Origin: a virus
Lineage: Duplodnaviria; Caudoviricetes
IMG/VR virus record: IMGVR_UViG_3300031519_000112
Span: 1 to 33,422 of that record
DNA: 33,422 bases
Strand: one strand, 5' to 3'
A program made the position numbers and the translations under genes. Every line of letters begins with the position of its first letter. The stretch's first letter is position 1. Shown here piece after piece: positions 1-9,000 of this stretch. The notes beneath the pieces were generated by a model. It was given only the letters and a program-made list of their open reading frames with translations, ran no database searches and was not told the DNA's origin.

Positions 1-108
1 AATGCAAGACAGTATCTTAATGCTTCTCGCATGGCTAGATTTACGGATTCCCAACAATATCCTGTAGTGCCTATAACCGACCGTCCCTTTATTAACGTAA
101 GGTTCTAG
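1..108 (+). CDS. C-terminal fragment of tail tubular protein A-like (head-tail adaptor); continuation of the gene starting at 33014
   Basis: Frame 1 reads NARQYLNASRMARFTDSQQYPVVPITDRPFINVRF* and stops 2 nt before the tail tubular B start. This fits the C-terminus of the ORF truncated at the right end. Confidence 0.8.
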   Translation, partial: NARQYLNASRMARFTDSQQYPVVPITDRPFINVRF

Positions 109-110
109 TT

Positions 111-3100
111 ATGGCAAAGTCCAAGTTCCTACAAAGTTCATTTGTTAGCGGAGAGCTATCACCCCTACTTAAAGGGCGCGTAGACCTTGAGCAATACTAT
201 CAGGGTGTATCTACTGGCGAGAACGTCTTAATTGTCCCACAGGGGGGTTTAAAGCGCAGAGCAGGGACTCAGCACGTTGATGTGGCAGAGAAGATATTTA
301 AACCTTTTAGATCTGCTGGATTAGAGCAACAATTTAGTTTTGTTGTAACAGTTGGATTGCCTCTTGTTGGTAGCACTTATACAAATAATTCTTCTACTTT
401 TACGGTTACATCTTATACTGGATCAAGTCTTCCATATACTGTTTATGCAGATAGAACTGTAGGCACTAACGATCCTACTGCCAGCGGCACTCTTGTCAAA
501 ACAGTTAGCACTCCTAATCTTGTCTACACTTCATTCCAGACATTTGTTGTGACAATGCCAGAAGGCGGTACTGCGGCTAATATTAATGACTTTAATCCTG
601 CCACTGTAGGTCTGACTACGACTAATATTGGAGTAAATGGTACTGGCGCTAATCCTGATTATGTAGTTGCGTTTTACAATATTGCTGGGACAGTTGATCT
701 AGGCAAAATAGTTGATGTTAAGAACATTCAATTAAGTGGTACTGGTTCTGGCGTATTTAAAATACAGGCTTCTGTAGACAATGTTTCTTGGTCTACTGGC
801 CTTAGCATGACTGTAACTGAGGAAGCGCAGTCATTTAGAATTAGGTTATCAGATAATTTTGATTACAAATATTTTAGAATAGTTCGCACTGGTGATACTG
901 GTGATCTTGGTACGTTAAAGATTCAATTAAGTGAATTTAATATCTTGTATCCAACAGCTACTGCTTCTGATGTTAAGACATTTGATTTTAGTGTTGAAAC
1001 GGATAGACATTATTTATGCGTTCTTACTGGTGGGGCTGAGACTACACCCTCTTATGGCAACATGGCTATATATAGAATTACCGATCAAACTTCTAGTTTT
1101 GTTCCAGTAGCTAATTTACCCATGCCGTTTAAATCTTCTGAAGTTGCTGATGTCCGTGATGTGCAGACAGAAAATGTCATGCTGATGTTTCACGAAAATC
1201 ATGCTCCACAAAGAATTATAAACACAACTACAACAACTTTTGCTGTTGATGATATTCCGTTTCTGAATGTTCCTCAATATGATTATGATGATTCACAAAG
1301 TCCTGCACCTACAAATTATATAACCACAATGACCTTAACCGCTATGGCTGTGGGAGACAGATTTCAAATTGATGTAGAAGGTGTGTTAAGTAAAAACATT
1401 ACTTTAACTGGAGGTAATTCATCTTCATCGGCTAACATACAAAGAAATTTGCAAGAAATGCCTATATTTGGTGATACAGGTATTGCTGTTACTGGTGGCC
1501 CTGCAATATTTACTATTACTGTTTCTGGTGAGTCTACACAACCGTTTGAGTTGTGGTCAGCATTTCCAACGTCCGGTACTGGCAACTCCATAGGTTTTGT
1601 TTTAAATCAGCAAGGAGTAGCAAGAAAAGAAGACGTATGGTCTGCTACTCGCGGATACCCTAAGACAGCCGCATTCTATGCTGGACGGTTATGGTTAGGT
1701 GGCACAAAATCAAAACTACAAAGTTTGTTTGCCTCTAGGTCTGGATCATTCTTTGATTTCTATACAGAAGAAGGGGATGCTGATGAGGGTATCTTTATTA
1801 CAATATCTTCTAGGCAATTAACAGAAATTATTGATATTAACCCTGATCGTGGATTACAGGTGTTTACTGCTGGAGCAGAGTTTCTTGTTACTGGTACTAC
1901 TCCTGCGGATGTTGGTGTTCAGGCGCAGACTCAACATGGGGCGGCTGATCTTGAAGTAAAATCCGTTGATGGCGCTACATTGTTTATTGATCAGAATGGT
2001 AAAACATTACGGTCTTATTTGTATAACTTTAATGAAGATGCTTATAACAGTACTGACATTTCTGTATTGTCTTCTCAGTTAATAGATAGCCCAAAAGATG
2101 TAGCTGTCTTAACTGGCACCAAGTCTGAAGATGCTAACTGGGTATTTATTATTAACCAAGATGGCACTGCTGGTATTCTGAATACGCTTAGATCACAGGA
2201 TATTAATGGATTTACTAAGTGGATTAATGGCAATACAAATGCGTTTTCTTTTACTATTTCTTCAGGCACTCCAGTATTAAGTAATTCCTACACTGTTAAT
2301 GAGGGAACATATCTTGTCACTGCTATTAACGGTAGCGTTATTGAAACAAGAAGAACTGAAGGAACAAATACACCGCCTTCATCGGGAACATTAAATGGTA
2401 CTCCAGATTTAAGTTTTAGTTCGTTTTCAGATTATCCTTTAGAGCTTGTGTCTGTGTCTGTAGTGGCAAATGAATTGTTTATAGTTAATAAAAGAACTAC
2501 CGCCTCTACAATTGATTACACGATAGAGCGATGGAGTTTTGATTATCTATTGGATTCTTCTGTCAGACTATTAAGTAGTACAAGTATCGTAGGCAATAAC
2601 CTTTATTTATCTACTGCACACTTAGAAAATGAAACAGTTAATGTTGTTGCGCGAGGAAATACATTACCTAATCGAGTAGTTCAGCCTAATGGTAGTAACG
2701 CATACATTATTTTAACTGATGAAGAAAAAACATTTATACTAGCTGAATACCCTGTTACTGGTGTGATAGACGTTGAAGTAGGTTATAACTTTATACCTAA
2801 GATTATACCTATGCCATTGAACACTAATTCTCAAGCGATTGCTGGTCAAAACCAGATGCGTGAAAAGAGAATAAACAGAATGAATCTAAGGGTTTATGAA
2901 AGCTCTGGTGTCTACATTGATGGCATTCCTGTTCCTATTAGGCAGTTTGGTGATGCGGCTAACACTCCATTGAATGCTAACTTACCTAAACAAACTGGTA
3001 TTATACAAGATAACAATGGCGGTAATGGCTGGGGAATAGAAGTTGTGCCAGAGATTACAATCCCTTATCCGACTCCATTCCATATTCAGGCTATTGAGTA

Positions 3101-3119
3101 CGAGGTAGAGTCTTCTTGA
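111..3119 (+). CDS. tail tubular protein B / nozzle-like protein with inserted discoidin-like and repeated modules
   Basis: 1002 aa. N-terminal SFVSGELSPLLKGRVDL..Y and GGLKRRAGT, central GYPKTAAFYAGRLWLGG and C-terminal PFHIQAIEYE are typical of podovirus tail tubular B. Position follows tubular A. Confidence 0.85.
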   Translation: MAKSKFLQSSFVSGELSPLLKGRVDLEQYYQGVSTGENVLIVPQGGLKRRAGTQHVDVAEKIFKPFRSAGLEQQFSFVVTVGLPLVGSTYTNNSSTFTVTSYTGSSLPYTVYADRTVGTNDPTASGTLVKTVSTPNLVYTSFQTFVVTMPEGGTAANINDFNPATVGLTTTNIGVNGTGANPDYVVAFYNIAGTVDLGKIVDVKNIQLSGTGSGVFKIQASVDNVSWSTGLSMTVTEEAQSFRIRLSDNFDYKYFRIVRTGDTGDLGTLKIQLSEFNILYPTATASDVKTFDFSVETDRHYLCVLTGGAETTPSYGNMAIYRITDQTSSFVPVANLPMPFKSSEVADVRDVQTENVMLMFHENHAPQRIINTTTTTFAVDDIPFLNVPQYDYDDSQSPAPTNYITTMTLTAMAVGDRFQIDVEGVLSKNITLTGGNSSSSANIQRNLQEMPIFGDTGIAVTGGPAIFTITVSGESTQPFELWSAFPTSGTGNSIGFVLNQQGVARKEDVWSATRGYPKTAAFYAGRLWLGGTKSKLQSLFASRSGSFFDFYTEEGDADEGIFITISSRQLTEIIDINPDRGLQVFTAGAEFLVTGTTPADVGVQAQTQHGAADLEVKSVDGATLFIDQNGKTLRSYLYNFNEDAYNSTDISVLSSQLIDSPKDVAVLTGTKSEDANWVFIINQDGTAGILNTLRSQDINGFTKWINGNTNAFSFTISSGTPVLSNSYTVNEGTYLVTAINGSVIETRRTEGTNTPPSSGTLNGTPDLSFSSFSDYPLELVSVSVVANELFIVNKRTTASTIDYTIERWSFDYLLDSSVRLLSSTSIVGNNLYLSTAHLENETVNVVARGNTLPNRVVQPNGSNAYIILTDEEKTFILAEYPVTGVIDVEVGYNFIPKIIPMPLNTNSQAIAGQNQMREKRINRMNLRVYESSGVYIDGIPVPIRQFGDAANTPLNANLPKQTGIIQDNNGGNGWGIEVVPEITIPYPTPFHIQAIEYEVESS

Positions 3120-3490
3120 ATGAGTTAACAACACAAGGCGACATAGTAAAGCTACAGACCTTGATGTTGCAAGGTGATACACTTGAGTTAGAAGTAAAGC
3201 ACCATTTTAGCGATGGGTTGTATGCAAGAGAGTTGTTTATACCAGCAGGCGTTTGTTTAGTAGGAGCGTTACATAAGACTACACACTTGTACACTGTAGT
3301 GAAAGGCAGATGTAAGGTGTCTAGCCAGTTTGGAAATTTGGATATTGAAGCTCCTTTTATGGGTGAGACAATTCCACAGACTAAGCGTGTTATATACGCT
3401 GAAACAGATTGTGTTTGGGTTACATACCACCCTACACATTTAACTGATATAGAAGAGATAGAAAAGGCTTTGTTAGAGCCAGAATGCTAA
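3116..3490 (+). CDS. cupin-fold (double-stranded beta-helix) protein
   Basis: HHFSDGLYARELFIPAG..LVGALHKTTH...VVKG and KRVIYAETDCVWVTYH match a cupin-like pattern with candidate metal-binding His residues. TTG start overlaps the upstream stop. Confidence 0.7.
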   Translation: MNELTTQGDIVKLQTLMLQGDTLELEVKHHFSDGLYARELFIPAGVCLVGALHKTTHLYTVVKGRCKVSSQFGNLDIEAPFMGETIPQTKRVIYAETDCVWVTYHPTHLTDIEEIEKALLEPEC

Positions 3491-3867
3491 AGATGATTAA
3501 TGATCACGAAGCGTTTAAAAAAGAATACAAGATTACTGATGAGTTAGAAAAGTTAGTATTAGACATAACCAGTGATTTAGATTTGTCTGACATACAAGGA
3601 GTTAAGCTAAGTAACTCTGATATTCATGGCTTGGGTGTTTTTGCAGAAAGTTTTAAAAAAGATAAGATTATTGGTTACGCTAGGCTAGATGGAAATCGTA
3701 CTATACTGGGAAGGTACACTAATCATGCTAAAAGCCATAATGCAAAACCCATTAAGATCGGTAATAATATAATGTTATATGCCGTTAAAGATATAAAGCA
3801 AGAAGAGATAACTGTGGATTATAGAGACATGATTGATATTAATAATGAGCTAAAGGTGATTCTATGA
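3484..3867 (+). CDS. SET-domain protein (putative lysine methyltransferase)
   Basis: SET motifs appear in canonical order: SDIHGLGVFA, GRYTNHAKSHNA (RxxNHS-like), AVKDI and EEITVDY. Confidence 0.85.
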   Translation: MLKMINDHEAFKKEYKITDELEKLVLDITSDLDLSDIQGVKLSNSDIHGLGVFAESFKKDKIIGYARLDGNRTILGRYTNHAKSHNAKPIKIGNNIMLYAVKDIKQEEITVDYRDMIDINNELKVIL

Positions 3868-4304
3868 GTTGGGTAATAGTGGCTGTTACTACATTGGCGG
3901 TAGGCACAGGAACAAGTGTATATGGTCAAATTCAATCTGGGAAAGCCCAGCAAGAATCACTTGAGCGCCAAGCTGAAGAAGAAAAGATTGCGGCTGAAAA
4001 TCGAGAGTTGCAACGCAAACAAGAGCTTAATAGAGTTCTTGCGGCTAATAATGTTAGTGCGTCTATGTCTGGTATTACTGGTGAAGGTACTCCTGCAAGT
4101 ATTGCTCTTGAAAGTGCAAAGCAAATTGGCTCTAGTGAAGGTATGATTAATTTATCTGAAAAGCTTAAACGCGCTCAACTACGCAGACAAGGCGCTATGG
4201 CTCGATCAACTGCTAATGTTAATGCAACATCTACTTTGCTCAAGGGCATTAGCTCTATGGCATCGCTAGGAATTGATACTACACCTAAAGAACAAGGTGA
4301 ATAA
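3864..4304 (+). CDS. internal virion (ejection) protein, T7 gp14-like position
   Basis: Hydrophobic, Gly/Ala-rich N-terminus followed by a coiled coil and ASMSGITGEGTP. First of three ejectosome-type genes. Confidence 0.65.
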   Translation: MSWVIVAVTTLAVGTGTSVYGQIQSGKAQQESLERQAEEEKIAAENRELQRKQELNRVLAANNVSASMSGITGEGTPASIALESAKQIGSSEGMINLSEKLKRAQLRRQGAMARSTANVNATSTLLKGISSMASLGIDTTPKEQGE

Positions 4305-4306
4305 GA

Positions 4307-6037
4307 ATGGCTAGACAACCTAGACAACAACCTATTGGCTTCTACGGCAAGTTTCAACCTACTGGTGCAGATGATTCTGCGGCTCGACGTATGCAAGCTC
4401 TTGCTGGTTTAGGTGAGACTGTATCTGGTATGGCTGAAAAGTTTGGCATTGCTAAGGCTGAAGAAAAGTCTAAAGAACAGGCCGTAATTCAAGCAAGGGT
4501 TGATAAAGAGCAGGGCGCATTTGACGCAGAGCTTTACAGAGAAGTGGGCGAAGATGGCGTAATCACCTACAGCGGAGTTCCTGTGACTGGCTCTGTTGCT
4601 TATTATGAAAGTTTAATGAGTACAACTAAAGCGCAAAAGATTTTAGATATTGATGCAACATTAGCGTCATATGCAGATCAGTTTCCCAATGATACGAAAG
4701 CTTATGGAGAAATGGCTACACAGTTTTTTAAAGGAATGTCATCTCAATTACCTCCGTCTGAAAAACTCCCTTTAGAAAAATACTTTAACGCGGTTAACTC
4801 ATCTCAATACACTACAGTCTTGAAAGGAGAAAAGGCGCAAAACAAAGCTATAGCCTCGGAAACTTATATTGCAACTATGGATAGCACTGAAGCCCAAGTG
4901 TTAAGATTGGTTGAGCAGGGCCGTGTAGAAGAAGCTGATGCCATTTACACAGAGGTATTAATTAATTTAGTTCCAGGATGGAAGGCTAATGGCGCTGTTA
5001 CTGACACTCAGTTTGCTAACAGATACCTTGAGTATCAAGATGCAAGAAGGACTGCTCAGATTACTGGAGAAGTAAATCGTTTAATTATTAACAACCCTGA
5101 TTTAGATATGGATCAAAAAGATGCCGCAGGGGACGAATACTTAAAGGCATTTGACGAGAAATCTCTTAAAGAATATACCCCTGCTGAAAAGAAAGTTATG
5201 AGAGCTGAAGTTGTAACAATGCTCAATAATTCTCAAACACTTGAAAAGAAAAAGATAAAAGAAAAGCGCATAAGTTCTTATCAGGAACAAAATGCTAATT
5301 TGGATGTCTTTGATGCGGATGTAATTTATAACACAGGAATGTCAATAAACGAAAAAACTGTTGCTGTTGATAAAGCTATCTTTGAAAACAAAATACCAAA
5401 AGAGGAGGGAAAGCTCAGAAAAGCTTATCTATCTTCCTTAAAAACGCTTACTGCTTCTACGGTTCCAGAAATACATGGCGCTATTATTAAAAAAGCCTAT
5501 GGGGCATTAGCTTTAGAGGATGAAGAAGCATTCTTGATAGCAGTGCGAGAAATAAATAATGAGATTTTGATTGCTGAAACAAATGGAACCTTGTTATTAG
5601 AAGATGCGCTACCACTTAAAAATCAATTTAATAGTTTAACGCAGTCAAGAGAAGCAAGGGCCGCGGCATTGACAGGGCATGGAGCTTCTCGCAAGTTAAT
5701 TGAGGGCCAAGTTTCTCCAAGTCTACAAAATCAGGTGTTGATAGATGTATTTTATAATGCAGACAGGGCAATTAATGAAAGAAATGTAGAGCTAGAAGCT
5801 GAGGGGAAAAGCCCTCTTACTTCATCAGGAGTTAGGGCTATTTATATCCAAGAAACAAATAACGCTATTGATGCTGTCAATTTAACTGCGCGAGAAAGAA
5901 CCAATGAAATCTTATCTGGTCGCTCTAAATATAAAGCAATTACAACCAGAGCAGAATACGATGCTTTAGACGCATCAACAAGAGATGTGTATTTTATACA
6001 GAATGGCGTACTTAAGATCAAGAAAAAGGGAACATAA
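4307..6037 (+). CDS. internal virion protein, gp15-like position
   Basis: 576 aa, helical composition, located between the small and large internal proteins. The call rests on synteny only. Confidence 0.55.
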   Translation: MARQPRQQPIGFYGKFQPTGADDSAARRMQALAGLGETVSGMAEKFGIAKAEEKSKEQAVIQARVDKEQGAFDAELYREVGEDGVITYSGVPVTGSVAYYESLMSTTKAQKILDIDATLASYADQFPNDTKAYGEMATQFFKGMSSQLPPSEKLPLEKYFNAVNSSQYTTVLKGEKAQNKAIASETYIATMDSTEAQVLRLVEQGRVEEADAIYTEVLINLVPGWKANGAVTDTQFANRYLEYQDARRTAQITGEVNRLIINNPDLDMDQKDAAGDEYLKAFDEKSLKEYTPAEKKVMRAEVVTMLNNSQTLEKKKIKEKRISSYQEQNANLDVFDADVIYNTGMSINEKTVAVDKAIFENKIPKEEGKLRKAYLSSLKTLTASTVPEIHGAIIKKAYGALALEDEEAFLIAVREINNEILIAETNGTLLLEDALPLKNQFNSLTQSREARAAALTGHGASRKLIEGQVSPSLQNQVLIDVFYNADRAINERNVELEAEGKSPLTSSGVRAIYIQETNNAIDAVNLTARERTNEILSGRSKYKAITTRAEYDALDASTRDVYFIQNGVLKIKKKGT

Positions 6038-9000
6038 TGCCTAAGAATGATTTTAATCCTACGCGAAAGGGAACTTTAGATAAAGTAAAAAAATCTGTTG
6101 CTTCTGGTGCGTTAACAGCCGAAAACTTTGATTTAGCAATTACAGCTTCACAAGACAATCAACAAGTTGCTGAATATTTAAATAGCATTACACCTGAATA
6201 TGATTCGGCTATTCCAAAAGAGTCTGAAATACCTTATGGGCAAGAGTTTGACGCTCCTGTAGAGGAAGAGTTTGGAATTCCTGTTGATGCCGTAGAAGAA
6301 GATGTGCTTGTTGAAGAGTTTGGCCTTTCTGCTGTAGACGCTAATGCTGAAATATCTCTTGGCGTTACTGCTGTTAATCGAGTAGCTTTAGGCCAATCTG
6401 TAGATTTAAACTCCACCGACCCTGAAATACAATTTGTTAATGAAGTCGCGCAGAAAAACGAAGCTACTACAATGGACTTGGCTATTACTAGGTTTTCTCC
6501 AGAACAAATTGATAAGTGGAAAAATAACCCTATTGGCTTTTCGGAAGCGGATAGATTTGTCACTGCCGCAGATATGATTCCGTTAGGCTCTGTAGTTACT
6601 GGGTATGAACTTGGTAAACTAGCAATGGTTGCTGAGAAAATAAGAAATGGAAAGGAAATATCTGAATCGGAAGAAAGCCAGTTTAACGAGTGGCTTGATC
6701 TTCATATCGAAAAGCAGATAAGAGGATTTTCTTGGCAGGGAGGCATGGCATATTACGGCTCTCAGATACCTGCATTTATGGTTGAGTTTGCCCTTACTAG
6801 TGGTGTTGGTAAAACAGCCCAAGTAGCGGCCAAGCAAGCTATTACTAAAGGTGTAATGACAAGTGTAGAAACTGCGGCAGTAGCAAAACTGGCTGGACAA
6901 GCGGCTAGTGGTGCGGCTAGAGTTGTAGCAATGTCTCCAATAAGAGCATCTGGAACCTATGGCAGGGAAAGGTTAGGACAAAAAGTACAACTTACAACAG
7001 ATGGAATGGCTGTGTTAACTGAAGCCAGAGAGCGACCTGCTGTCACTGCTTTGAGAGCTTTTGCTTACACTGGTGCAGAAGTTTTAAGTGAAATGTCTGG
7101 TGGTGTAATAGGAAGAAATCTTGTTAACCCGATTGTAGGAAGATTAAAAACAAAAGCTATTACATCTATTAACAAATTGCCTCCCAAGTTAGTTGATGGA
7201 CTTCTAAAAAGTTACCAGATGATTCAACCTAATGCTGTTCTTTCGGACATTATTACTCGTGTTGGCTGGCATGGAATGATTAATGAGCTAGGTGAAGAAA
7301 GGGTAGCTGACGCTTTAACTTTGTATGCTGACATGGCCTTTGGAGAAACTTACACCGCAGATGAGATATGGGATAGGCTTGTCCCCTCTAAGGATCAATT
7401 TTTATTAGAGGCTGGGTTAATTTCAATTCCGGGTGGAGCAAAAACATTAGGAGCGCTAACTGGCAATCTTATGTCAGGGAAAGGGCATTCTCAGGAGCAA
7501 GTTGACACTGTTTTAAATACAGCATTAAATGACGAATTAGCAAATTATATTGAAGCTGAAACTTATGTGGAAGATAAACCTGACTTACAAGTTGCGTTAA
7601 ATGAAAAATACCTTGATGAAGGTGGACCTGCCAAAGTTGCAGAAGTAGCTGTTACTGAAAGCTTGTTGTTAGCTTATGATAAGTCTATTGAACCTGCTAA
7701 TGTTAAAAAGAAACAAGGGATTATTAAAGGGTTAGTGGCGCAGGCTAAAGCCGTTAACAAAAAAGCTACAAAATTCAAGGACTTTATTGCGGCTGGCGGA
7801 CCATTAGATGTTAAACAACTTATTAGCGAAGGCTTTGACCCGAAAGATTTAGAAGATGGCAAGGTAAAATTTGGTAAAAATTTAAAGCGCGTATGGTCTT
7901 TACAGAACCCTCAGCAAACTATTTCTCAACTTACCGAAAGATACAATGAAGAATTAAGTTTATTTGATGGTGATGTAGTTGCGGATAAAAGCAGAGAGCT
8001 TTCTGACAACGACATGATTTCTATGTTAATGGATTGGGTAAATAGTGACTCACCGCAGACCTTTTTGATTGACCCTGTTGCTACGGCTGAATTAGATCAG
8101 ATAAATATGAGGCTTGATGATATAGATCAAGTGCCTGAATCAGAGTTGCAAGAATATTTTGATAATATGTATATGGAATATGCAGAAGAAAGTGGCACTC
8201 AGGTTCCTGTTGAGGTTGAATCTTTTTCTGGCGTTGATTCTATTGAGTATGCCAGTTCTGCTTCGGAAGCAGAGTTTCAAAATGAGATAAATGAACTTGA
8301 TCTTTATCTTGATGGCTTAAATAATAGAATAAGTGAAGAAGCTTATAATGCCCAAACTCCTGCGCTATACGATCAAATTACAGAGCAGGAGATTTTTGAT
8401 GGGCCTATTCCTATTCTCGATCACACGCAGAGTATAGGGCAAAGCTTACTTACTGACTGGCATACAAAGTTTGCTCCTATTGAGGCGGCTGTAAAACTAG
8501 CAGAAAATCGCAAAGGCCCATTACCTAAAGGGCAAAACCCAACATTATTGATTAGTACTTTTGGGGGAATAGCAGGAAAGCTACAGGCGTTTCTCGAACA
8601 TAGCACTTATACCATGACTATTAATGGGGAAATAGTTAAAACTGGAGTGGGGTATAAGCCTATACTGGATGGTTTTGATTCACTCATTTTAAGTACGGAG
8701 CCAAACAAAAAACAAAGAAAAGCAGATTTAGAAAAGTATTTAATTTCTAGGCGAATAACTCAAGACCTTCAAAACTTTACCATTCCATCTACAGGGGAAG
8801 AGATAGTTGGGCCTGTTACAGAAAGGCGGATAAGTGCAGAGCAAGCTTTGCAGGCAGAGCTAGATATGGCCGCGCTAAGGATAAAGTATGGAGACTCTAT
8901 TCAGTATTTTGATAATACTGCTGAAGCTTTATATGCGTTTCAAAAGCGTGTACTACATTTGCTTGTAGATTCTGGCAATATGTCTAAAGAAAAGTTTGAC

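Noticed and set aside
3480-3490. Programmed frameshift fusing the cupin and SET ORFs
   Set aside because: The frames overlap, but no canonical slippery heptamer or stimulatory structure is evident. Separate starts explain the overlap.
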